Assembly: GCA_964187785.1 (NCBI GenBank) | Contig: OZ076409.1 | Coordinates: 46,502,001-46,566,000 of the forward strand | Direction: 5' to 3' | DNA: 64,000 bases | Origin: Amphiscolops sp. MND2022 | Taxonomy: Eukaryota | Shown here: one piece after another, positions 1 through 13,379 of the stretch | Layout: every line of letters begins with the position of its first letter | Position numbering within the stretch: the stretch's first letter is position 1 | Program-made: the position numbers and the translations under genes | Notes under the pieces: generated by a model | What the model saw: only the letters and a program-made list of their open reading frames with translations | The model's database searches: none | Told to the model about the DNA's origin: nothing

Positions 1-3000
1 GTCACGAAATCTGCGAAAAAAACATTGGCGCGACCGCATGTCGCGCTTGGGCACAAGCAGAAACGTCCAATGGTCTGTTGAAGGTGTTGCAAATTCTTTG
101 GGATCTGGGGCTAACAATTTTGTGAGTTTATCCGGTCTCAGATGAGGACATTTTGATGAAAGAACTAAAAAGATGAAGCAAATTTTTTTTGAGAAAAATA
201 AAAAATTGTACTTTTGGCAGAAACCCGAAAGCGTCATACTTCATGACGGAAACCCTGATAGTACAAAAAGTTACCTACATACTTGCCTCACTTTTTGAGG
301 GAGAAAAGTGTTCGTATCTTTTTTCAGTTCTGAGAAATGTTAGCTACAAATTGGAAAAAAATGGAAAAAATCCACAAAAAATTTTTTATTACTTTATTTG
401 CTAAAATAAATCCAGAGCGAAAAAAACTTCGACATTACTTTCAACCTAAAACGTAGCCTACATAAACTTCTTAAAATTAACGAAACCATGAACGCCATAT
501 TTGGTCCTCGTCATGAGATGTACGAGCTCAAGTAAAAAAGAACCAAGAAATTTTTTTTGAAAAGAATGAAGTTTTTTTGGCAGAAAAACGAAGGCGTCAT
601 TTTTGATGACGGTAACATTATTGGTCCAAAGGTAGCCCATATCTATATTGTTCTTCTCGAAAGAGAACGGTTTCTGTATCTTTTATCAGTTTTGAGAAGT
701 ATGAGCTACGAATGAGAAAAAAATTTCGAAAATATTTTGTTTTCTCTTTTGCCCAAAAACACCAAGTATGAAAAAAGTTTTGACGTCATTTTTAGGCCAA
801 ACTGTAGCCTAATAAACGCTTGTACAATTTACGAAACCATGGACCCTGTATTTGGTCTCAGTTCTGAGAAATAGGGGAACAAAGAAGAAAAATAATCGAA
901 TATAGCGATTTTTCAAAAATTCTTTTGAAAAAAACCCATGAAGCCGATTTTTTTTGAAAATTTTTTTTCAACGAAAATGTAGCCTAGGATCCTGCCCAAC
1001 GTTTAGCGAAAAGATGGTGTCCGTATCTGTTCTGGGTTTTGAGAAATTGGCCTCACAACCTTGAAAAATTGTCTTATGTCACGAAATCTGCAAAAAAAAC
1101 ATTGGCGCGACCGCATGTCGCTCTTGGGCACAAGCAGAAACGTTCAATGGTCTCTTGAAGGTGTTACAAACTCTTTGGGATCTAGGGCCAACAATTTTGT
1201 GAATTTATCCGGTCTCAGATGAGGACATTTTGATGAAAGAACTAAAAAAATGAAGCAAATTTTTTTTGGGAAAAATGAAAAAATGTACTTTTGGCAGAAA
1301 CCCGAAAGCGCCATACTTCATGACGGAAACCCTGATAGTACAAAAAGTAATCTACATACTTGCCTCACTTTGTGAGGGAAAAAAGTGTTCGTATCTATTT
1401 TCAGTTCTGAGAAATGTTAGCTACAAATTGGGAAAAAATGGAAAAAATCCACAAAAATTTTTTTCTCACTTTATTTGCTAAATTAATCCAGAGCGAAAAA
1501 AATTTCGACAATACTTTTAGCCTAAAACGTAGCCGGAAGGAACCTCTTAAAATTAACGAAACCATGAACCCCATATTTGGTCTCGCTCATGAGATACACG
1601 AGCTCAAGTAAAAAAGAACCAAGGAATTTTTTTGAAAAAAATTGAAGTGTTTTTGGCAGAAAAATGAAGGCGTCATTTTTGATGACGGTAACTTTATTGG
1701 TCCAAAAGTAGCCCATATCTATATTGTTTTTCTCGAAAGAGAACGGTTTCTGTATCTTTTATCAGTTTTGAGAAGTATGAGCTACGAATGAGAAAAAAAT
1801 TTCGAAAATTTTTTGTTTTCTCTTTTGCCCAAAAACACCAAGTATGAAAAAGTTTGGACGTCAGTTTTAGGCCAAAATGTAGCCAAATGAACGCTTGTAC
1901 AATTTACTAAACCATGGACCCTGTATTTGGTCTCAGTTCTGAGAAATAGGGGAACAAAGAAGAAAAATAGTCAAAAAGCGTTTTTTCAAAAATTCTTTTG
2001 AAAAAAACCCATGAAGCCGAATTTTTTTTCGAAACTTTTTTTTCGGCGAAATTGTAGCCTAGGATCCTGCGCAACGTTTAGCGAAAAGATGGTGTCCGTA
2101 TCTGTTCTGGGTTTTGAGAAATTGGCCTCACAACCTTGAAAAATTGGCTTATGTTACGAAATCTGCGAAAAAAAAAACATTGGCGCGAACGCATGTCGCG
2201 CTTGGGCACAAGCAGAAACGTTCAATGGTCTGCTGAAGGTGTTACAAAGTCTTTGGGATCTAGGGCCAACAATTTTGTGAATTTATCCGGTCTCAGATGA
2301 GGACATTTTGATGAAAGAACTAAAAAAATGAAGCAAAATTTTTTTGAGAAAAATAAAAAAATGTACTTTTGGCAGAAACCCGAAAGCGCCATACTTCATG
2401 ACGGAATCCCTGATAGTACAAAAAGTAATCTACATACTTGCTTCACTTTGTGAGGGAGAAAAGTGTTCGTATCTATTTTCAGTTCTGAGAAAAATTAGCT
2501 ACAAATTGGAAAAAATGGAAAAAATCCACAAAATTTTTTTTATTACTTTATTTGCTAAAATAAATCCAGAGCGAAAAAAAATTTCGACAATACTTTTAGC
2601 CTAAAACGTAGCCTGAATAAACCTCTTAAAATTAACGAAACCATGAACCCCATATTTGGTCTCGGTCATGAGATACACGAGCTCAAGTAAAAAAGAACAA
2701 AGGAATTTTTTTGAAAAAATTGAAGTGTTTTTGGCAGAAAAACGAAGGCGTCATTTTTGAAGACGGTAACTTTGTTGGTCCAAAAGTAGCCCATATCTAT
2801 CTTGTTCTTCTCGAAAGAAATTGTTTTCTGTATCTTTTATCAGTTTTGAGAAGTTTGAGCTACGAATGGGAAAAAATTTTCGAAAATTTTTTGTTTTCTC
2901 TTTTGCCGAAGAACACCAAGTATGAAAATTTTTTTACGTCATTTTTAGGCCAAAATGTAGCCTACTAAACGCTCGTACAATTTACGAAACCATGGACTCT

Positions 3001-6000
3001 GTATTTGGTCTCAGTTCTGAGGTATAGGGGAACAAAGATGAAAAAGAGTCAAAAATAGCGATTTTTCAAAACTTCTTTGGAAAAAAACCCATGAAGCCGA
3101 ATTTTTTTCGAAACTTTTTTTTCGGCGAAAGTGTAGCCTAGGATCTTGCGCAAAGTTTAGCGAAAAGATGGTGTCCGTATCTGTTCTGGGTTTTGAGAAA
3201 TTTGCCTCACAACTTTGAAAAATAGTCTTATGTCACAAAATCTGCGAAAAAAAACATTGGCGCGATCGCATGTCGCGCTTGGGCACGAGCAGAAACGTTC
3301 AATGGTCTGCAGAAGGTGTTAAAATTTCATTGAGATCCAGGGCCAACAACTTTGTGAAATTATCCGGTCTCAGATGAGGACATTCTGATGGAAGAACTAA
3401 AAAGATGAAGCAATTTTTTTTGAGAAACATGAAAAAATGTACTTTTGGCAGAAACCAGAAAGCGTCATACGTCATGACGGAAACCCTGATAGTACAAAAA
3501 ATAACCTACATACTTGCGTCACTTTGTGAGGGAGAAAAGTGTTCGTATCTATTTTCAGTTCTGAGAAAAATTAGCTACAAATTGGAAAAAAATGGTAAAA
3601 ATCTACAAAAATTTTTTTATTACTTTATTTGCTAAAATAAATCCTGAGCGACAAAAAATCTCGACATTACTTTTAGCCTAAAACGTAGACTACATGAACC
3701 TCTTAAACTTAACGAAACCATGAGCCCCATATTTGGTCTCGGTCATGAGATACACGAGCTCAAGTAAAAAAGAACCATGAAATTTTTTGAAAAAATTGAA
3801 GTGTTTTTGGCAGAAAAACGAAGGCGTCATTTTTGATGACGGTAACTTTGTTGGTCCAAAAGTAGCCCATATCTATTTTGTTGTTCTCGAAAGAGAACAG
3901 TTCCTGTATCTTTTATCAGTTTTGAGAAGTATGAGCTACGAATGACAAAAAATTTTGGAAAGATTTTGTTTTCTCTTTTGCCCAAAAACACCAAGTATGA
4001 AGTTTTTTAACGTCATTTTGAGGCCAAAAGGTAGCCTGTTAAACGCTCGTACAATTTGCGAAACCATGGACCCTGTATTCGTTCTCAGTTCCGAGATATA
4101 GGGGAACAAAGATGAAAAATATTCAAAAAGAGCGATTTTTCAAAAATTTTTTTGAAAAAAACCCATGAAACCGAATTTTTTTTCGAAAACTTTTTTCGAC
4201 GAAAATTTAGCCTAGGATCCTGCGCAACGTTTAGGGAAAAGATGGTGTCCATATCTGTTCTGGGTTTTGAGAAATTTGCCTCACAACTTTGAAAAATTGT
4301 CTTATGTCACGAAATCTGCGAAAAGAAAACATTGGCGCGACCGCATGTCGCGCTTGGGCACAAGCAGAAACGTTCAATGGTCTGCAGAAGGTGTTACAAA
4401 TTCTTTGGAATCCAGGGCCAACAACTTTGTGAATTTATCCGGTCTCAGATGAGGACATTTTGATGAAAGAATTGAAACGATGAAGCAAATTTTTTTTGAG
4501 AAAATTGAAAAAATGTACTTTTGGCAGAAACCCGAAAGCGTCATACTTCATGACGGAAACCCTGGTAGTACAAAAAATAACCCACAGACTTGCCTCACTT
4601 TGTGAGAGAGAAAAGTGTTCGTATCTATTTTAAGTTCTGAGAAAAATTAACTACAAATTGGAAACAATGGAGAAAATTCACAAAAACTTTTTTATTACAT
4701 TATTTGCTATAATAAATCCAGAGCGAAAAAAATTTCGACATAATTTCGACAAAACGTAGCCTACATAAACTTCTTAAAGTTAACGAAACCATGAACTCCA
4801 TGTTTGGTCTCTGTCATGAGATACACGAGCTCAAGTAAAAAAGAACCAAGAAATTTTTTTGAAAAAAATTGAAGTGTTTTTGGCAGAAAAATGAAGGCGT
4901 CATTTTTGATGACGGTAACTTTATTGGTCCAAAAGTAGCCCATATCTATATTGTTTTTCTCGAAAGAGAACGGTTTCTGTATCTTTTATCAGTTTTGAGA
5001 AGTATGAGCTACGAATGAGAAAAAAATTTCGAAAATTTTTTGTTTTCTCTTTTGCCCAAAAACACCAAGTATGAAAAACGATTTGACGTCAATTTTAGGC
5101 CAAAATGCAGCCTATTAAACGCTCGTACATTGTACGAAACCATGGACCCTGTATTCGGTCTCAGTTCTGAGATAGAGGGGATCAAACATCTTCAATACAA
5201 CCTCGTCCCACTTCATAATAAAAAATTTCCTTCGGTTCGTAAGTCTGGGTTCCATATGCGGGATCCAAATGCGGCTTGTTTCTAGTTCTCCTCACTCTGC
5301 CTATCCAAGTACCAAAAGCGGGGAAATCTTTGTCAATAAACAAAGACAGGCGAGACGGCATGTCGTTCTTGGCTTCAAGCAGAAACTTTCAATGGTCTGA
5401 AGAAAGTGCTACGGTATGCGTATATTCCAGGGCCCAAAATTTTAACTTTTGATCTAGCCTCAGATCAGGAATTTTTGATGAAAGAACTTGAAAGAAACGT
5501 ATTTTTGGTAGAAACACGAAGGCGTCTAACTTCATGGAGGAAACTTAAAGTATGAAAACAAACCTACAGGCTTGCCGTTGTTTCTAAGGGATAATGGTTT
5601 CAGTATCTATTTTCAGTTCTGAGAAGTATCAGCTACAAAATTTTTTTGATCCCTTTCTCTGCCCAAATAAACCGAAAAATTTTTTGACGTCAGTTTTGGG
5701 CTAAAGTGTAGCCTACGGAACCCTTGTATAACTTTTTGAACCATGGAATCCGTCTTTGGCCCGGTCCAAGGATATAAAAGCCTAAGGATAAAAGAACTAG
5801 GGAAAAAACGAAAAAATCAAATGTTTTTGGCAGAAAAACGAAGGCGTCATACTTCATGGCGGAAACTTTGATAGTACATACAAAAACCTACATACTTGCT
5901 TCACTTTGTGAGGGAGAATGGTTTTCGTATCTATTTTCAGTTCTGAGAAAAATCAGCTGAAAACTGGAAAAAAATTAAAAATTTCAGAAAATTTTTTCAT

Positions 6001-9000
6001 TACTTTATTTGCTAAAATAAATCCAGAGCGATAAAAATTTCGACATTAATTTTAGTCTAAAACGTAGCCTATATAAACTTCTTAAAATTAACGAAACCAT
6101 GAACTCCATGTTTGGTCTCTGTCATGAGATACACGAGCTCAAGTAAAAAAGAACCAAGAAATTTTTTTGAAAAAAATTGAAGTGTTTTTGGCAGAAAAAT
6201 GAAGGCGTCATTTTCGATGACGGTAACTTTATTGGTCCAAAAGTAGCCCATATCTATATTGTTCTTCTCGAAAGAGAACGGTTTCTGTATATTTTATCAG
6301 TTTTGAGAAGTATGAGCTACGAATGAGAAAAAAATTTCGAAAACTTTTTGTTTCTCTTTCGCCCAAAAACACCAAGTATGAAATTTTTTACGTCATTTTT
6401 AGGTCAAAATGTAGCTTATTAAACGCTCGTACAATTTACGAAACCATAGACCATGTATTCAGTCTCAGTTCTGAGATATAGGGGATCAAATATGAAAAAT
6501 AGTCAAAAATAGCGATTTTTCAAAAATTGTTTTGAAAAAAAAACCATGAAGCCGAATTTTTTTCGAAAACTTTTTTTCGAAGAAAATGTAGCCTAGGATC
6601 CTGCGCAACTTTTGGCGGAAAGATGGTGTCCGTATCTGTTCTGTGTTTTGGGAAATTAGCCTTACAACTTTGAAAAATTGTCTTATGTCACGAAATCTGC
6701 GAAAAAAACATTGGCGCGACCGCATGTTGCGCTTGGGCACAAGCAGAAACGTTCAATGGTCTGCAGAAGGTGTTACAAACTCATTGAGGTCCAGGGCCAA
6801 CAACTTTGTGAATTTATCCGGTCTCAGATGAGGACATTTTGATGGAAGAACTAAAAAGATGAAGCAAATTTTTCTGAGAAAAATGAAAAAATTTACTTTT
6901 GGCAGAAACCCGTCATGACGGAAACCGTGAAAGTACAAAAAGTCCCCTACATACTTGCCTCACTTTGTGAGGGAGAAAGGTGTTCGTATCTATTTTCAGT
7001 TCTGAGAAAAATTAGCTACAAACTGGAAAAAAATGGAAAAAATTCACAAAAATTATTTTATTACCTTATTTGCCATGAAACCATGAACTCCATGTTTGGT
7101 CTCTGTCATGAGATACACGAGCTCAAGTAAAAAAGAACCAAGAAATTTTTTTGAAAAAAATTGAAGTGTTTTTGGCAGAAAAATGAAGGCGTCATTTTTG
7201 ATGACGGTAACTTTATTGGTCCAAAAGTAGCCCATATCTATATTGTTCTTCTCGAAAGAGAACGGTTTCTGTATCTTTTATCAGTTTTGAGAAGTATGAG
7301 CTACGAATGAGAAAAAAATTTCGAAAACTTTTTGTTTCTCTTTCGCCCAAAAACACCAAGTATGAAATTTTTTTACGTCATTTTTAGGTCAAAATGTAGC
7401 CTATTAAACGCTCGTACAATTTACGAAACCATGGACCATGTATTCGGTCTCAGTTCTGAGATATAGGGGATCAAATATGAAAAATAGTCAAAAATAGCGA
7501 TTTTTCAAAAATTGTTTTGAAAAAAAACCATGAAGCCGAATTTTTTTCGAAAACTTTTTTTCGAAGAAAATGTAGCCTAGGATCCTGCGCAACTTTTGGC
7601 GGAAAGATGGTGTCCGTATCTGTTCTGGGTTTTAAGAAACTTGCCTTACAACTTTGAAAAATTGTCTTATGTCACGAAATCTGCGAAAAAAAACATTGGC
7701 GCGACCGCATGTCGCGCTTGGGCACAAGCAGAAACGTTCAATGGTCTGCAGAAGGTGTTACAAACTCATTGAGGTCCAGGGCCAACAACTTTGTGAATTT
7801 ATCCGGTCTCAGATGAGGACATTTTGATGGAAGAACTAAAAAGATGAAGCAAATTTTTTTGAGAAAAATGAAAAAATGTACTTTTGGCAGAAACCCGTCA
7901 TGACGGAAACCCTGAAAGTACAAAAAATCCCCTACATACTTGCCTCACTTTGTGAGGGAGAAAGGTGTTCGTATCTATTTTCAGTTCTGAGAAAAATTAG
8001 CTACAAACTGGAAAAAAATGGAAAAAATTCACAAAAATTATTTTATTACCTTATTTGCTAAAATAAATCCAGAGCGAAAAAAAATTCGACATTACATTTA
8101 GTCTAAAACGTAGCCTATATAAACTTTTTAAAATTAACGGAATCATGAACCCCATATTTGGTCTCGGTCATGAAATACACCAGCTCAAGTAAAAAAGAAC
8201 CAAGAACTTTTTTGAAAAAAATTGAAGTGTTTTTGGCAGAAAAACGAAGGCGTCATACTTGATGACGGTAACTTTATTGCTCCAAAAAGTAGCCGATATC
8301 TATGTTTTTCTTCTCGAAAGAGAACGGTTTCTGTATCTTTTATCAGTTTTGAGAAATGTGAGCTACGAACGAAAAAAAATTTCGAAAAAGTTTTTGTCCT
8401 CTTTTTTGCCCAAAGCCACCGAGTATGAAAAAACTTGACGTCATTTTCAGACCAAAATGTAGCCTATAAAACACTTGTACAATTTACGAAACTATGGATC
8501 CTGTATTCGGTCTCAGTTCTGAGATAGAGGGGATCAAAGATCTTCAGTACAACCTCGTCCCACTTCATAATAACAAATTTCCTTCGGTTCGTAAGTCTGG
8601 GTTCCATATGCGGGATCCAAATGCGGCTTGTTTCTAGTTCTTCTCACTCTGCCTATCCAAGTACCAAAAGCGGGGAAATCTTTTTCTCTGTACTATCAGC
8701 TTTTGTAATTTGTTTGTTTTGCCTTAGCAATATTTGTTCTGCAGCACTGCCTACATCGCATGTGGCGTACAAGCGGTGCCAAAATAGTCTTATTTGCTGC
8801 AGCACTTCATGAGTGTAGAAGTAAATTTTTGAAAATATAAAAATTCAATAATGAAATAATAATTTTCAATACTTTTCCATAATTCATAATTTATTTTTTT
8901 TAAAATATTCCACCGGTGGTTTGCGGTGGAGCGCCAGTACGGGCGGTCAAAGGAACTAGCACCGACGAGGAAAACTAAACATAAAGAACCAATAGTTTAA

Positions 9001-10640
9001 GTTTGTACGATTTGTTGCAGTCAGAAGAGTGGTCCAGTATTGATCCAGATTCCGGAAGTGCTTTGGAGTCAGTAGTGATCTAGTCTAACGGGCGTCCTTA
9101 ATGCCGCTACTTTGATGGTGCATAATGTTGATGGTATGCTTTAGTACAACCTCGTCCCATTTCATAATAAAAAATTTTCCTTCGGTTCGTAAGTCTAGGT
9201 TCCATCTGAAGACACTGCGGGATTCAAATGCGGCTTGTTTTTTAGTTCTCCTCACTCCGCCTGTCCAAGTAACAAAAGCTGGGAAATCTTAGTCAATAAA
9301 CAAAGACAGGCGAGACGGCATGTCCCTCTTGGCTTCAAGCAGAAACTTTCAATGGTCTGAAGAAGGTGCCACGGTATGTGTATATTCCAGGGCCCAAAAT
9401 TTGAACTTTTGATCTAACCTCAGATCAGGAATTTTTGATGAAAGAACTTGAAAGAAACGTATTTTTGGTAGAAACACGAAGGCGTCTAACTTCATGGAGG
9501 AAACTTAAAGTATGAAAACAAACCTACAGGCTTGCCGTTGTTTCTAAGGGATAATGGTTTCAGTATCTACTTTCAGTTCTGAGAAGTATCAGCTACAAAA
9601 TTTTTTTGATACCTTTCTCTGCCCAAATAAACCGAAAAATTTTTTGACGTCAGTTTTGGGCTGAAGTGTAGCCTACGGAACCCTTGTATAACTTTTTGAA
9701 CCATGGAATCCGTCTTTGGCCCGGTCCAAGGATATAAAAGCCTAAGGATAAAAGAACTAGGGAAAAAACGAAAAAATCAAATGTTTTTGGCAGAAAAACG
9801 AAGGCGTCATACTTCATGGCGGAAACTTTGATAGTACATACAAAAACCTACATACTTGCTTCACTTTGTGAGGGAGAATGGTTTTCGTATCTATTTTCAG
9901 TTCTGAGAAAAATCAGCTAAAACTGGAAACAAAATTTAGAAAATTCAGAAAATTTTTTCATTACTTTATTTGCTTAAAAAACTCGACATCACTTGTAGCC
10001 TAAAACGTAGCATCTTGAAATTAACGAAACCATGAACCCCATATTTGGTCTCGGTCATGAGATATACGAGCTCAAGTAAAAAACAACCATGAAATTTTTC
10101 TGAAAAAATTGTAGTTTTTTTGCAGTTAAACGAAGGCGTCATACTTGATGACGGTAACTTTGTTGGTCCAAAAAATAGCCTAGATCTATGTTTTTCTTCT
10201 TGAAAGAGAACGGTTTCTGTATCTTTTATCAGTTTGAGAAATATGAGCTACGAAAGAGAAAAAATTTTTCGAAAAAGTTTTGTCCTCGTTTTTACCCAAA
10301 AACACCAAGTTTGAAAAAAAATTTGACGTTATTTTCAGGCCAAAATGTAGCCTATTAAAAGCTTGTACAATTTACGAAACCATGGACCATGTATTCGGTC
10401 TCAGTTCTGAGATATAGGGGATCAAAATGAAAAATAGTCAAAATCAGTGATTTTTCAAAAATTCTTTTGAAAAAAACCCATCAAGCCGAATTTTTTCGAA
10501 AATTCTTTTCAACGAAAATGTAGCCTAGGATCCTACGCAACGTTTAGTGAAAACATGGTGTCCGTATCTGTTCTGGGTTTCGAGAAATTTGCCTCACAAG
10601 TTTGAAAAAATGGCACATGTCACGAAATCTGAGAAAAAAA
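1..10640. repeat. Satellite array: ~1.08 kb higher-order unit of six diverged ~172-188 bp monomers, with internal deletions and interruptions
   Basis: The unit-start motif gtcacgaaatctgcgaaaaaaacattggcgcg recurs (with variants) at 1, 1078, 2153, 3232, 4306, 6687 and 7671. Inside a unit, the motif (g)tat..(c)agttctgaga-like recurs at ~331, 514, 693, 865, 1040, 1220 and 1408. The short ORFs here are repeated non-coding artefacts. Confidence 0.95.
5185..6010. repeat. Non-satellite ~150 bp segment plus a divergent satellite variant, duplicated at ~9143-9970 (150 bp part also at ~8545-8680)
   Basis: tacaacctcgtccca(c/t)ttcataat...gggaaatctt occurs at ~5196, ~8548 and ~9144. At 5331 and 9291 it is followed by near-identical variant monomers (gtcaataaacaaagacaggcgagacggcatgtc...). 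Confidence 0.85.
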
Positions 10641-10765
10641 ACGTCACCATATGGGCATCTCGCAAAACTCGTGCCCCAAAAACGTCACCATATGGGCATC
10701 TCGCAAAGCTCGTGCCCCGAAATCGTCACCATACGGGCATCTCGCAAAGCTCGTGTCCCAAAAAT
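10640..10765. repeat. ~41 bp minisatellite, 3 copies
   Basis: cgtcaccata(t/c)gggcatctcgcaaa(a/g)ctcgtg(c/t)ccc starts at ~10642, 10683 and 10724. Confidence 0.9.
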
Positions 10766-10931
10766 CATTCTTACAGAACAATATTTGCGGCTTCAGCAAC
10801 CATTGCAAAGTTGCAGTAGATGTGTATCTAGAAAGACATAAACCAGACGTGGTTTCCTTAAATGAAACCAAAAAGTGCTTGAAAATGCTTTTACCAATTA
10901 TACAGCCCTTAGCAGTACTTCAAACAAGATG
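10766..10931 (+). pseudogene. N-terminal fragment of a LINE AP-endonuclease (EEP) domain, truncated by the assembly gap
   Basis: Translation SFLQNNICGFSNHCKVAVDVYLERHKPDVVSLNETKK matches the APE motifs I/II (xNxxG ... PDxxxLxETK). Confidence 0.65.
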
Positions 10932-11131
10932 NNNNNNNNNNNNNNNNNNNNNNNNNNNNNNNNNNNNNNNNNNNNNNNNNNNNNNNNNNNNNNNNNNNNN
11001 NNNNNNNNNNNNNNNNNNNNNNNNNNNNNNNNNNNNNNNNNNNNNNNNNNNNNNNNNNNNNNNNNNNNNNNNNNNNNNNNNNNNNNNNNNNNNNNNNNNN
11101 NNNNNNNNNNNNNNNNNNNNNNNNNNNNNNN
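10932..11131. other. Assembly gap (200 N)
   Basis: Run of N. Confidence 1.
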
Positions 11132-11216
11132 ATTACTGTTATATAATGTCGTTGTGTTCTTTATGTTAACCTAATTGTTGTATGTATACTTCAGATGAAT
11201 GCTTATCGAATAGAAA

Positions 11217-11361
11217 TGTCGTGGGGAAAACACTACTTGCGGGAAGATTCTATTCGATAAGCATTCATCTGAAGTATACATACAACAATTAGGTTAACAT
11301 AAATAACACAACGACATTATATAACAGTATTAATAACTACATTTATATTACATTCATAACA
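11217..11361 (-). mobile_element. 145 bp LTR of the same Gypsy family as 44131-49382, inserted in a CRE-like relic and preceded by an inverted copy of its own U3 side (11132-11215)
   Basis: tgtcgtggggaaaacactacttgc...attacattcataaca is nearly identical to 44131-44275. 11134-11215 is the reverse complement of 11248-11329. Confidence 0.9.
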
Positions 11362-13357
11362 CATTGTCTAATAATTCACGATACTTCTCAACTTTACGCG
11401 CTTCAGCCTGGGTGGTGGTGGTTCCCGGGTTGCACGAGGAGCCTTGATTCAGGCGACTGGGTGCAAGAGCATCTACAATCAAGACATCTTACACCAGCAG
11501 TTTACCCATTTCCCAAGGAATCATGGTAACATCGTCTGTGCGTTTGCCATCAGTTCATCACAGTTCACGCCGTTCGAGCCTTGAAGGCGAGTTGAGAGAT
11601 CCTAGTGTCTGCTTTATGAGAGAATTGAGAGTAGCATGACGTGAGGAGCGAACAGTACTCTTGGTGCAAGAAAGACCATGCAACCAGTCCCGTTCAACTC
11701 TTTTACTACAGTGCAACGTATGCCGACACAGATGTTGGCTCCCAGACAAAAACCAATTAGCATCCGAAGCTGCTAATCAACAAGTTTCATTCCCAGATTC
11801 TTGCAAGGAACGACGTTCAGCCAGTAAAACCCGAATTTGGCTTGATGAGCCGTTAAAAACATTTGAACGTTTGTCATCCATTCTAGAATTCAAATCTTGG
11901 GCGGTGTTGACGTAGACAAGTTGTGTCCAATTTCTCTGGGTTCCACTGAGAGGATTTTCCTCCTGTTCATTATTCGAATTCAACCATTTCTCAAGCATTT
12001 TGTAAACGAAACAAGTTCAAATGTTCCCGAAGAATTGTCGTGAGGATGTCCTTCGCACCAAAAGCTGAGGCAAAAGAGGCGGAAAGTGCTAATAATGACG
12101 CGGATGAAACCCCAAGACCACCCATTTCAGCAGGCAGAGCAAGTACTCGAAATATTGTCGAAATTCACGTTACACACCTTGGAAAGCCCATCGGGTACGG
12201 TTTCGTCGTACGTTTCCAAAGGAACTGGATGATTAAAACATGTATTAGTTCTCAAGAAGTACAACAACTTTGGCAGACTGACGCAATTTTTCAACATAAT
12301 TTTCAATAATAAAAAACATATTGCGCATCTAATTTCCCAACAATTCCATCCATTTTCTCCAGTTCAATAATTTCGAATAAGTCTGCCTGCGATTTCGAGC
12401 CGAGCGGTGAAAAGAACACATCTTTCTTTGATGTTTTGATCCCAGGGGTCAAAGTTTTTGCAATCTTTCGAAGCGGTTCTATATTCACCATTTAAGTTTC
12501 TATCGTCAAAGTAACATAAGCCTTTTTTTGAATTCAAACTGTCAATCAGATCCTGAATGTAATCCGAAAATAAAGCTGGAGACTCAAGATCTCCTTGCTG
12601 GGTGCCTTCACAAGACTTGATTACTGAATCGTCTTAAAAAAAAACCCTGACTGTACGCCGAATGTGAGTACTTATAAACTTCAGGGTGTCTTTCAAACGT
12701 TTTCTTTAGCATGAATTTTCGGTTTGTCGAATTGAAAACGTTTTCAAAGACAATTTTGAAAATTACGTTTTTTTGGGCTGGGGGTTTTCTATCAATTAAC
12801 GGGAAACATGTGAGGCCAATTTAGCGCTCTTTTTGGTGCCTACTTCTACTTGTCGACTTCTGTATCTTGCTTGACGTGATTCGAAGACATAGGTTCCGGC
12901 TCATTTTGCGGACTACCGGCGGAACGTATCGCCTCAGCGACAGGACCAAGTCCTTCTTCAGGCTTTTTGAGCGCACTAAAGTTTCACACCAAAAAAGTTC
13001 GGCCGAAGTTCGAAAGGTATTTTTCTTTCGAGAATCACATTCACAAGATTTTTGATAAGGCTCTGAGAAAATTCAATCCAGTTTGCCCATTTGACATGGC
13101 AGTCAAATCGTTCAAAACTTTGGGCGGAATGTCATCCAAACCTGCACTAGAGCCGTTGGGCAAGAACATGAGAGCCTTTTGGACGAAATACTCCGAGGTT
13201 GAAAAACAATCGATAACTGAGGCGTCCGCAACAGAGCAAGTTTCCCTCTGCGGATGTTTCAACTTGAGGGCCGCGTAGGTGTCGACCGTGAAATCTGCAA
13301 TATTGTCGTCGCCTACTGCCGTTCTGATTCCGGCCTTAACATTACCTTCGTCTAATT
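11362..13357 (-). mobile_element. Decayed CRE-like non-LTR retrotransposon (RT plus CCHC/restriction-like endonuclease)
   Basis: Minus-strand fragments FLPNGSSAGLDDIPP, EGTQQGDLESPALF, YFDD, GLGVSSASLLAL, HGLSC..RHATLNSLIK, DGKRTDDVTMIPW, with many frameshifts and stops. Homologous to 34325-35306. Confidence 0.8.
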
Positions 13358-13379
13358 GAGTGCAATTGGAACGCATTCG

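Noticed and set aside
1..10640. Repeated 60-90 aa ORFs and a possible CRISPR-like array
   Set aside because: The ORFs are by-products of the satellite unit with inconsistent stops. There are no unique spacers between short repeats, no cas genes, and the context is eukaryotic.
10651..11174. ORFs spanning N runs (also 33984-34551)
   Set aside because: Their length is an artefact of the assembly gaps.
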